A DNA stretch of 50,485 nt, filler included, from Ionaspis alba (Eukaryota), in NCBI GenBank assembly GCA_964255285.1. It is 2 parts of 2 records of this genome, joined end to end, with 100 filler letters (N's around TTAATTAATTAA, not from the genome) between each part and the next. Parts side by side here need not be neighbours in the genome. Positions count along the whole stretch, not along the records: positions 1 to 25,243 come from CAXUUL010000160.1; 1 more part is not named here. One strand, given 5' to 3'. The position numbers and the translations under genes were made by a program. The notes under the pieces were generated by a model that was not told where the DNA came from, did no database searches, and was given only the letters and a program-made list of their open reading frames with translations. How positions within the stretch are numbered: position 1 is the first letter of the stretch; every line of letters starts with the position of its first letter. This document shows positions 1 to 10,337 of this stretch, piece after piece.

Positions 1-2
1 CC

Positions 3-668
3 GATCCGTGCGCGCTGCCAGACGCGGTCTGTCCTTGCACCAGCAGCACCAATGGAGCCACGCAAATAGATACTCTTGTGGCGACTGGGGCAGCTGGATC
101 AACGAGCTCGACCAGTACTCGCTCTATACCGTTAGCCGCGCTACCAATCGCTTTTGCGAGCGCCATCACGACACCCTTTCCAAGCGTGACTCCGCCCCCG
201 TTGACTCCTGGCATTGGAGGCGGTGCAGCGAGCCCTGAGGTGCCAATCTTGGTCGACACAAAGCCGTTGACTTTTCAATCAGGGCAGAATCAGACTGGAT
301 TGGCATATCCGACATTTGCATCCAGCGATGGCCTTCAACCAGGTTCTGCGCTTCCAATCGCTTCGTCAAGAACAGCAGATTCATCAGCGAGTGCTAGCGC
401 TTCCGTCACAGCCGCACAGCCTCCAGGTACCGAAGCAAGTCAGGGCCAAATTTCATCCCATCCCAAGGCTGGAGCCGTTGCTGGAGGAGTATTAGGCGGG
501 CTTGTGTTTGCGGCTTTGGCGCTTGTAATCCTTCTGTTTTGCAAGAAGAGAAGATTCCGCAGGAAAAGTAAGGAAGAAAAGAAGGCAGATGTACTCATTC
601 GTACTCTTTATGAGTATGAACCGTCGACAGGGACACGTGAGAATCATGCACCGGCCACTTCTGCCTAG
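3..668 (+). CDS. Ser/Thr-rich single-pass membrane protein (5'-truncated; 3' tail possibly decayed)
   Basis: The frame is open from base 3 (DPCALPDAVCPC...). A Ser/Thr/Pro-rich stretch precedes a TM helix GAVAGGVLGGLVFAALALVILLFC and a basic stop-transfer KKRRFRRK. This is the typical fungal cell-surface type I layout. Confidence 0.6.
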   Translation, partial: DPCALPDAVCPCTSSTNGATQIDTLVATGAAGSTSSTSTRSIPLAALPIAFASAITTPFPSVTPPPLTPGIGGGAASPEVPILVDTKPLTFQSGQNQTGLAYPTFASSDGLQPGSALPIASSRTADSSASASASVTAAQPPGTEASQGQISSHPKAGAVAGGVLGGLVFAALALVILLFCKKRRFRRKSKEEKKADVLIRTLYEYEPSTGTRENHAPATSA

Positions 669-2997
669 GAACAAGCGAAAGAATGTAGTGGTGCTCGTGA
701 AATGGAGAGTGGGCTACCTGCATACCAAGCTGGACCATATGCAACGAGGAAGTCGTCAGACAGAGCCAAGCATTCAAGCCTCTGACACCACCATCCGTCG
801 AGTTAGACGATCGGTCTAGGACCATAATCTGAATTAGCCGTACCGATCGCAACATGGGGCGGCCCATCAGCAGTGAACTTTCTCTTGACTGCACGGCTTC
901 CAGTATTCCAGAAGATTTGTTATCAACTTCGGAGTCTTGACACTGAGACATGATCCCGTGCAAGAGCTTTTCAGCTCGGGTGCGTCACAAAGACCGACTA
1001 CCCCTGCCATACGATTCCGGAACAGCAGCTGCATTAGAATAATCTCATTCGGTACCAGACACACCACAAGACGTACCACAAGGCATATTCGTTCTCTGTA
1101 GGGAATAGGAGTTGTGCCCAGCTGCCTTATCCAGAGAGGTCGAAAGGCCGGTCGCCTGTTCGGTAAAGCCTAGAGAGGATTCACACGCGACCTACGCATC
1201 CCAGGAAATGATCGCATGAGCTATATTTGCGTGGACAGAATAGAAAGATGTGGTGGCACCAAGTTATGCTGCAGCTGTAGGGGCGGATAAGGCAACAGCT
1301 GCAGAGTGGATGCTGGATGATATCATGGTGTTACCGTGTGGTCGTTGTCACAGTCAGAGACCGCTTCGCCGTTGAGATCCTTCCAGATATGAGACAGATG
1401 GTCAGGAATCTGGACTGCGAATGCGCGCGGTGGTATATATTGCCTGCAATTCACTGCCCAGTGCTTTCTTGTCCGTCTTGGCTACGCATCCAGCCTCCAT
1501 TCAGCTGTATCACATCGAGTGGTCGATGTACCGATGTACCGATGGGTCAGCTGATCCAAACAATGATCCCATCACTTCACACAGAGTAATGTTCCGTTTG
1601 GTTAGAGAGACGCACGCAGTATCTGCGCGCAGCAAGTCGGAAGCTTAATGAGGCCACGGTACCTGATAGCCGATTGCACAGTAGAGGGGTGTAACCCTAT
1701 CAAGCAGGTCGCCGAGGCGAGAATGCGAAGGTGGTTACTTCTGTTGGTTAGATTATCGACGGCTTTGAATCTTAGAACAGGGTACTTGGAAGCCACGAAG
1801 ATAGCATCGATGCTACCAGAGACGGACTACCATTGAGCTGAAGCGGATTAGATGGTGGATTGAGAAGGAAGACCAGTGTGGTAGCAAACTTTCAATCCCG
1901 TTCGCGTGCTTTCTCCGTGGCAAAATGGAGCCCGGAGTAGCTACCTTGTAGGGATCTATTCATGGCCAGGGTTGAACAGATCATTCTCGTGTTCATGACG
2001 ACCAGAAGTCCATATCGATATGTGCTCAGCCGCCTATATCTTGAACCTTTGAGGATATTATTCATGTACAAGTAGATAGAATTAACAGAACCAAGCAATT
2101 CTGGCGGTCAGTATCCGCCGCTAAACCCCGCGCAAGAGACTCCCGTGCGGCCGTGCCCCTTTAGCAGCTCGTCGGTCTCGGTTGGAGGAGAGTAGATTAC
2201 CTGTAGGAGGCGCGGGGGAATGTCTCTTCCTCGAGGATTCTTCCTTTAACGTCCCGCAATGGAACATGGCCGGTAGACATTCTTGGATGGATGCACACCC
2301 TGTTGCAGAGAAGTGTGTTGCTGTTACTGTCGTCGCCGCAGCAAAGAGTCATGATTTCATTCAAGTGACCGCTCCCAGTACCAACTGGCCTATCACACAG
2401 ACCCTGATTTTTGCATCCTCCTGTCCTGCATCCACCCTGTACCACTTTCCTCGTGAGCCTTGCCTCTAGCCTATAAGTCGTGTTTCCTGCACTATCCAAA
2501 CTCCTGCCTGTTCTAGCCCAGCTAGATCTCCGCATGCTACTTCGTTGTATGCACCTACCTTCTACAGCTTGCATCCTTGATCCAGAGGAAGCTCCTGTGT
2601 TGCTGTCGTCGCCTGACTGACCAATGACGCAGTCTTCCGCGCCTCGACATCGGGATTTGATAAGACAATACCTTGGTGCGCTACGTCTATTGGTAGAACA
2701 TTGCGGATCTGCAAGAAGACACAACCATGCTCTGGCACCGAGATTCGCGTGATGCCTGCACCTATTTGTTTCTTTCTTCCTCTTGGGCCCGGTCGACCAA
2801 ACATGAGCATGACCAATTGTTCATGGGGACGGTCGAATGCATCGCTCCTTCCCCATGCAGGATTGAGCCAGATCCAACCGTTGATAAGCAGGTACCGGAG
2901 CTGCTTGAGCAGAGCTGCTGCAATTGAAAAGGAGAGAATTCCCACATAAATCCAGCCTGTCTTCACTTCTCATACCTCCCCTCATTCATCTACCACC

Positions 2998-4956
2998 ATG
3001 CGTTATTCTCTGTTTGCTCTCGCGGCGTTGGTCGTCAGTGCTGTTGCAGCACCTTCGGGAAAGTATGTCCTTCACGAAAAGCGTGAGCGTACTCCACTCG
3101 GATGGTGGAAACGGTCCAAGATTCAGGCTCACGAGGTCCTTCCCATGAGGATTGCCCTCACCCAGTCCAATCTGGACAAACTCGACGATTATCTCATGGA
3201 GGTCTCCCACCCAACCTCGGAAAAGTATGGCAAGCATTGGAGCGCGAAACAGATTGCCGAGACCTTCGCCCCTTCGACCGCAACCCTGGAAGCCGTGCGT
3301 GAGTGGCTGACGTCCTCGGGCATTGCTCCAGAACGGATCTCACAATCTCAATCATTGGGCTGGCTGCAATTTGATGCAACAGTTGCCGAAGCCGAGAGCC
3401 TGCTCAAAACTGAATACCATGTTTACGAGCATGAGAGCGGCAAGCCACATGTGGCTTGCTCCGAATATCACGTGCCGGAACATGTCCGCCATCACGTTGA
3501 CTTCATCACCCCAACGGTACACTTTGATGCCAAATTGTCGCCGCCATCTGACGAGACCAACAAAAAGATCAAGCGTGCTGGTCCGAAATCAGAAGTCGGC
3601 ACCAATGTCATTCCTGGCACTGCGGTCAAGCTTGGAGCTCCCGGCTCTGGCTCCCTTCCAAAGAAAGGTGCAGACATTGATATCACGGGCATCCTCGATC
3701 AGCTATCGAATTGCAGCAAACGTATCGTGCCGAATTGCCTTCGTGCTCTGTATAAGATCCCGCCTGTGTTCACCTCAAAACAGACAAATCCCTATGGGAT
3801 AGTTGAATACACACCTCAAGCTTACCTTCAAGGCGATCTCGATCTCTTCTTTGCAAACTTTTCCAAGAATCAAGTCCAACGTACACCCATCTTCGATTCT
3901 ATCGACGGCGGTGTCGACCAAACGACCAACAGATCCTTCAACTTCAACGGTGAATCCGATCTCGATCTCGAATACGCCATGACACTCGTCAACCCTATTC
4001 CAGTCACACTTTATCAAGTCGGTGACCTGCCTCAGGGTGCTTCCTTCAACAATTTTCTAGACGGGATCGACGGCTCCTACTGTACCTTCGAGGGCGGCAA
4101 TGACCCGACCCAGGACGGCATCTACCCGGATCCTCTCCCAGGCGGCTATAAAGGTCCCGAAACTTGCGGCGGATTCGCTGCTACCAAAGTCATCTCCACC
4201 TCTTACGGGTACAACGAAGCCGACCTCACCCCTTTTTACGAAATGCGCCAGTGCCAGGAATATGCTAAGTTGGGTATTGCTGGCAGCACTATTCTCTACT
4301 CATCCGGTGATTACGGTGTCGCGGGCAATGGTGGCCAATGTATCGATCCAGTCACGGGCAATTACAACAACGGCCTCAGCGGCAAGTTTAATCCGAGTTT
4401 CCCTAGCACCTGCCCTTATGTGACCGCTGTTGGCGCCACCCAAATTGTTCCCGGAGCCTCTGTCACAGCACCTGAAGAGGCTTGCGAGACCGTCATTTTC
4501 TCCGGCGGTGGATTTTCAAACGTCTTCCCCATGCCTTCCTATCAGTCGGCGGCTGTGAAAAGCTACTTTGCCAACAACAACCCTCCGTACGGTGCTGATC
4601 GCTACAACAACTCCATGATGACTCGTGCCTACCCGGACGTGTCTGCCAACGGTGCCAATTACGTCGTCGCTGTTGATGGCAAGTTCTCGCTCGTCTTTGG
4701 CACTTCGGCTTCGTCACCTACTTTCGGTGCTATCATGACGATCATCAATGAGGCAAGGGCAGATATTGGTAAAGGTCCTGTTGGATTCATCAATCCGACC
4801 CTCTATGCGCATCCGTCTGTTCTCAACGATATCACGAAAGGTGGAAATCAGGGTTGTGGGACGCCGGGCTTTCAATCGGTGCCTGGCTGGGATCCGGTGA
4901 CGGGGTTGGGCACACCGGATACGTTGAAGATGTTGGCACTATTCTTGTTATTGTAG
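2998..4956 (+). CDS. Secreted S53 sedolisin / tripeptidyl-peptidase (aorsin-like), 652 aa, intronless
   Basis: Signal peptide, then a pro-domain (YVLHEKR...MRIALTQSNLD...HPTSEKYGKHW). Catalytic motifs GESDLDLEY (E-x-x-x-D), SSGDYGV and GTSASSP. C-terminal Ca-site region NDITKGGN...GWDPVTGLGTP. Confidence 0.95.
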   Translation: MRYSLFALAALVVSAVAAPSGKYVLHEKRERTPLGWWKRSKIQAHEVLPMRIALTQSNLDKLDDYLMEVSHPTSEKYGKHWSAKQIAETFAPSTATLEAVREWLTSSGIAPERISQSQSLGWLQFDATVAEAESLLKTEYHVYEHESGKPHVACSEYHVPEHVRHHVDFITPTVHFDAKLSPPSDETNKKIKRAGPKSEVGTNVIPGTAVKLGAPGSGSLPKKGADIDITGILDQLSNCSKRIVPNCLRALYKIPPVFTSKQTNPYGIVEYTPQAYLQGDLDLFFANFSKNQVQRTPIFDSIDGGVDQTTNRSFNFNGESDLDLEYAMTLVNPIPVTLYQVGDLPQGASFNNFLDGIDGSYCTFEGGNDPTQDGIYPDPLPGGYKGPETCGGFAATKVISTSYGYNEADLTPFYEMRQCQEYAKLGIAGSTILYSSGDYGVAGNGGQCIDPVTGNYNNGLSGKFNPSFPSTCPYVTAVGATQIVPGASVTAPEEACETVIFSGGGFSNVFPMPSYQSAAVKSYFANNNPPYGADRYNNSMMTRAYPDVSANGANYVVAVDGKFSLVFGTSASSPTFGAIMTIINEARADIGKGPVGFINPTLYAHPSVLNDITKGGNQGCGTPGFQSVPGWDPVTGLGTPDTLKMLALFLLL

Positions 4957-5208
4957 GGGTTATGAGATGGTTCGTTTGTACATACATGATGAACTTTAGG
5001 ATAGAGCTGGGCATGTTGTGGGCAGCCATGTAATATCATTTTGAGCATACCAAATTGTAGTTTGTGGTTGCTGGCTGTTGTTCTTGCAGACACTAGTTCG
5101 ACATGACAAGTCTTAAACAAGATCAGTAATCCAACACCTCCTTCATACTGCCTCCAACATGCTCCTGCCGTTGATATCTCTTCAATGAACCGTTCCATCC
5201 AAGCAATC

Positions 5209-7300
5209 TTAAAAGATTGCCTCCTCGAAACGTTTGCATAGTCTTGAACCGCTGAAATCCGCCCACGTTCGTTTCCCGCGCGCTCCATCACCACACTGGA
5301 GAATTATCACGACCAAGGCAATGAATAATACCACGAGCCAGATAGTCGGGTAGAAGTATTGGATGGCCAGTAGTAGCGTGATCAATGGGAGCATTATGAG
5401 GATCGCTCGGTCCTTTTACCGAAAGACCAATACCTGCACTTCCACATATCGAAGCAACCCCTTCGCCTTCTTCATCTGTGCTTCCTCTTGCTCCTGAGCC
5501 TGTTCAGCAACGGCAGCGTCGGCCCTCGTTGTGACATCAGTGCGTCAGGAAATTGCGAACAGAGATGGAGAGACATTGCCCACGGACCGTTTTTGACGCA
5601 TCAGCGTGTAAGTATCCCGGATTTCATCTTCTCACTTCCACACTCCCTCTGCGCTCTTTAGTCTTTCATCACCTCCGCTTAATAGTAGACTGTACGGGTT
5701 CTCCTCTAGTCTCTGAATGTTGCCATTGCAAGCTGCTTCTGGAGCCTCCTCTCGTACGACCTTGTGGGTCTGGGCCTTGCGTTTGGAACTCCTCATCCTT
5801 CCCTAAATTGATTTTAGTACTCTTGCCAGGCAGTGATGGAGATCTAAGATAGAATGACTTTCACTGCAGACTTGTTTGGTGCGAGCCAATTCAGCATGTC
5901 GGAAGTCAAGTTTGAAAGGTAACATATCATGTGCTATAAGTGCAAGCGCTCTCCTACAGTTAAAATTGGTAGGAGAACAACGCCCGGTCGTCTGTATCTC
6001 TCGAAAAGTGTAGTATCAGCCGAGCATAGCAGATACTATCTGCCAGACTACCGAGGAAGCGTTCTGTAAGACACCGATATCCTCTGACAAGGCAGATCAT
6101 AGCTCGAGCTATGTTGCTGTCAATCTCTGGTATCTTTCCGTCCTCACCCCACGGTTGCAATTTCAAGCCGCGAGATTGCTAAGCTGACGCCCTTCATTGC
6201 TTTTCCCTCCTCTAGCTCCCCTGCCTGGACTCCCTCCGGCCTCCTTTGATCTGAATATGGCTGTTGATGACCTCAAGTCGCGTATACGATTTTCATTGCA
6301 AGGAGGGACATAAAGAAGATCGAAAGCCAGATAGTGGGATTAAAGTATTATACGAAAAGTAGGACCGTGATTGGAATAAGAATCGAAAGCTTGGCCTGAC
6401 TTCCTCGGCATCGGACTCTTTTCTCCGTCTTTTGTTCGAAATTATCCACACCTTCGGTCTGAGGTATCAGGATTGTGGCATATCGCAGCGTCTCAAGCTC
6501 TTGAATCCCTCGCTGCGCTAGTATTGAGGTTGGTTTGTATGATGAGTGTAAAGGTATCAACGACGAGGACTGCGAATGGGTGCTCACAGTTGTTACGTGG
6601 AGAGTTCGAAAAAGCCTCTGTTCTTCTGCTGAGTTTCCTCACTCGAACCTCTTGTCAAGGTCCTTCAATTGTTGTTCGTAGCATTGACGAATTCGCTCAC
6701 GTTCGGAGACAGAGCCTTTCTCAGCTGCTGTCCCGGAGTCGTTAATTGACAGCTGAGCTTCGCGACTTGAAGATGCTTTACGAGCGTGCCCTCGCACTCC
6801 CTCCTAACCCAGACTCTCTTGGCTGAGACCCGTGCCGTTACGCGCGTGGATAAGGTAAAATCTTCGTGGTCAAGTCTGAGGATGAGGAACAGTCTTGGAC
6901 ATCGCAAGCTTCTTGATATGATNNNNNNNNNNNNNNNNNNNNNNNNNNNNNNNNNNNNNNNNNNNNNNNNNNNNNNNNNNNNNNNNNNNNNNNNNNNNNN
7001 NNNNNNNNNNNNNNNNNNNNNNAAAAGAGTTGATAAATGGCAAACTTCCAGTTTGTCAAGAGAAGCAAGGCATGTCGATTGTTCTTCGCTCTGGTGCATG
7101 AGCGAACTGAAAGTGAGAGCATGTACACAGAGAAGGAATGCACTCCCTTCTCCTGACCTCCTACTACCAACCACAGGATCAGCAGGCTGCCTAGATATCC
7201 CCTTGATCTTGTGTGTTACCAGTGAGTCATTCATATTCGAAATCTCGAGCTCCAAGGATTCGTCAGGGAAATAGAGATATAAGCGGCTGACCGTTGGGGG
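5209..7300 (-). pseudogene. Degraded gene or tandem pair of decayed paralogues with a twice-repeated hydrophobic motif
   Basis: The minus strand gives coding-like peptide broken by in-frame stops. LIPITVLLFV*YFNPTIWLSIFFMSLL (~6385-6300) matches MLPLITLLLAIQYFYPTIWLVVLFIAL (5394-5314). Boundaries are approximate and the span includes the N gap at 6923-7022. Confidence 0.5.
6923..7022. other. Assembly gap (100 N)
   Basis: N run. Confidence 0.99.
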
Positions 7301-8147
7301 TGAGACAGAAGAAAAACTTCTCGAACACGAATCTCTACGTCGCTACCGTACAGGGGAGGCAATCAGATAGCTCTAGGTAGCTTGGCGGTCTTGGTCTTAA
7401 CCAAGTTTTCACTAAGAAAGCTACCGGTGACGCTATGTTCCCGGTTTGGAGCTTGTCGGATTGCGGTGCGGAGAAAATGCCGTTACTTCGGACTACTGCA
7501 CATCGGGCAGGAGATCGTGCATGGAGAGAATGAGAATGATGAAATAGATGTCGGCAGTGGCTTGAATGCTCTCTTGCTCAATCGTCGGTGGCCGGAGGAT
7601 AGTAAGCAGTGTGAGATTGTTGTTCCGATCTGATAGCACTTGTGGAACAACAGAGTAGCTGTCAAGATGATTCATACAAGCTGCAGTAACTGACAGTTGT
7701 ATAAGGCTGCTCCGTCTGCGTCTGCGTCCTCTCCATACATGTAATGCGGTTTCAGCCAATATTGATTGTCTCGGTGGACCGAGGTTGGTAAATAAGATTG
7801 GCGGAAATTGAAGGGGTGAAATGGACGGATTGGGTCATGTGACCGACCTAATCTCCAAGTTTGGACCGGCCGGTCACTATTCGAAGCAGCAAGCAGGAAG
7901 CCACAGAGCATGGCTCGAGCAAGAAACATCGCGTCAACCCGTGCTAAGAACGGCCATGCTCTCTTATCAACTGACATCCAATGGAACACCTCTGCCGCAA
8001 TGGCTGCGTTTTCCAGGGCCCGATCGACCAAGGATGTGTCAAGAACCGGGTCGGATCAGTGGCCTCAGGCTCAGAAGGGAAGGTCCTTTGTCTCGTACAC
8101 GAGGGACAGTATCACAGCTCTACCCTATCTGCCCCAGCTCTCCTCAC

Positions 8148-8247
8148 NNNNNNNNNNNNNNNNNNNNNNNNNNNNNNNNNNNNNNNNNNNNNNNNNNNNN
8201 NNNNNNNNNNNNNNNNNNNNNNNNNNNNNNNNNNNNNNNNNNNNNNN
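8148..8247. other. Assembly gap (100 N)
   Basis: N run just upstream of the permease ATG. Confidence 0.99.
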
Positions 8248-8271
8248 CTCAGCGCCAGAGTACAGAATACC

Positions 8272-10137
8272 ATGAGCGGAGCACCGGGGAATTTGGCCCT
8301 TGATGGCGGAGATCCGCGAAGACCTTCTGATGGCGGCATCGGAGAATCCGAGACGGTCGTGACTCGCCATGATATTCAGAAACTCCACGATCCCAGCGTT
8401 ACTTTCGAAGAATACGTCCACTATGCCAAGATCTCGCGTGCCGACACTAGGTACGAAGACCCGGAACGTTCGTACAGGTTCTGGGAAAGGCGCAAGACCC
8501 GCAACGCGACAACGGCCGTGGCGCCGGTCGCCCAGGGTGAGAAGTCACTGGATGAAAAGGACGTGAATGGTGGCTCCAGGGAAGGGCATCCTGCCTACAT
8601 GAATGTGTCCGACGAGGAGTATGTGAATGCTTCCCGCGCCGTGAGGACGGCTACTTGGGGTGCTGTCTTCTACCTAATCACCACTGACATCCTCGGACCA
8701 TACACAACCCCGTAAGTTCGAGTAAGAATCCAACGCTGCAAGACGAGGTACTGATGTTGCGATTCACAGCTGGGCGTTTGCGGCCATGGGATACGGTCCA
8801 GGCGTTATCCTCTATACCATCTTTGGTATTATGGCAGGCTACGGAGGTTTTCTTCTATGGAGAATATTCTTAGGAATGGATTCGGATCGATATCCTTTGA
8901 AGACCTATGGCGACGTTGCTTTCCGCATCTACGGCACTTTTTGCCGCCATTTGGTCAACGGCCTCCAATCTGTACAACTTCTTTTCAACGTCGGAATTAT
9001 CATCATTGCAAATGGACAATCATTGGCTCAGATCAGCAAGGACGGGGCATGTTTCATTATCCTATGTTTTGTCTGGGTATGTCTACTAGCACAATCATCC
9101 TATACAATCTCTTGCTGATACTCGTGAAATAGGCAATTGCCGGAATGATCCTCGGCCAGATCCGCACCCTTCAGAGACTAGGCTGGCTGGCCAATGCCGC
9201 GATCTGGATCAACCTGTTTGTCATTTTCATGACCATGGGCATTGTAGCACATTCAGGCGTCCTCACTGACGCCGCCGTAGCCCAGAATCAAGGCGTCACA
9301 GCAGATCAACCGATCACGACAACAGCCGGCCAGCGGCCTGGAACGGATTTCTCGCTCCAAATCGTTGGTCTCATGCAAGCCGTTTATTCCTACGGCGGAG
9401 CAATGCTTTTCGTGGAGTTCATGTCGGAAATGAAACACCCTTTCGATTTCTGGAAGGGGATGTTGTTCGCCCAGCTCTTCATCTACTTCTTCTACATGTT
9501 CTTCGGCCTCTTCGTCTATTCCTTCCAGGGCCAATTCACCATCAACCCCGCGTACCAGGGCATTGCAAATTTCACTTGGTCGGTCGTGGCCAACTCCCTT
9601 GGCCTCGTGTCCTCTCTGATCGCGGCCATTTTGTATGGCAACATCGGCATCAAAGTTGTCTATAACAACATTCTCATCGACCTCTTCAAATTCCCCAATC
9701 TAGGAACCAAAGCCGGAAAGATCCGTTGGATCATCGTCGTGCCAATCTATTGGGGTGTCGCTTTCGTTATCGCAGCGGCCATCCCTCAATTCACCAACAT
9801 ATCCGGCCTTGTCGCTGCGGTCTGCATTCTCCAGTTTTCCTACACCTTCCCACCCTTCTTCATGATCGGATATCAACTCAAGAAAGATGCATTCCTCGAG
9901 GGAGAGGGCTTTGATCCCACAACCGGCCAGGTCGTGAGGCACGACACAGGCTTCAAGAGATGGAAGCGGGCTTTCATGAGGCGCTGGTACTTCAATGCCT
10001 TCAATATCTTCCTAGTCTTGGGCAGTCTTGTCACGGCTGTTTTGGGTACTTACTCGGCCATCAAGGGGATGATCACTGCTTATGCGGCCGGGGCTCCGCC
10101 GTCATTCAGTTGTCGGGACCCGCTCAGTACTGCTTGA
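8272..10137 (+). CDS. Amino acid permease, AAAP/Aa_trans family (Mtr-like neutral amino acid transporter)
   Basis: Three exons: 8272-8711, 8770-9076, 9133-10137 (GT-AG introns 8712-8769 and 9077-9132). Motifs RAVRTATWGAVFYLITTDILGP, DSDRYPLKTYGD and YSYGGAMLFVEFMSEMKHPFDFWK; many TM helices. Confidence 0.92.
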
Positions 10138-10337
10138 TTCCTCTGTGGATGGTAGACTCGTTTTGACATACTAGGGGGTGCGTAGCTGGATAGTTTCTGA
10201 ACAGGATTATCATTTCAACCTCAATCCTAGCTCTCATCTCATTTGGTGTGCTTGTAGCTGTTCTATCGAAGTTGTGGCGAGAAGTGCAATGTAGGAACAA
10301 CTCCTCACCCCGTGCTCTATGACGAAAACGAATGTCT

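Noticed and set aside
1000..2470. Short ORFs upstream of the S53 peptidase
   Set aside because: No motifs or coherent exon structure; treated as intergenic or promoter sequence.
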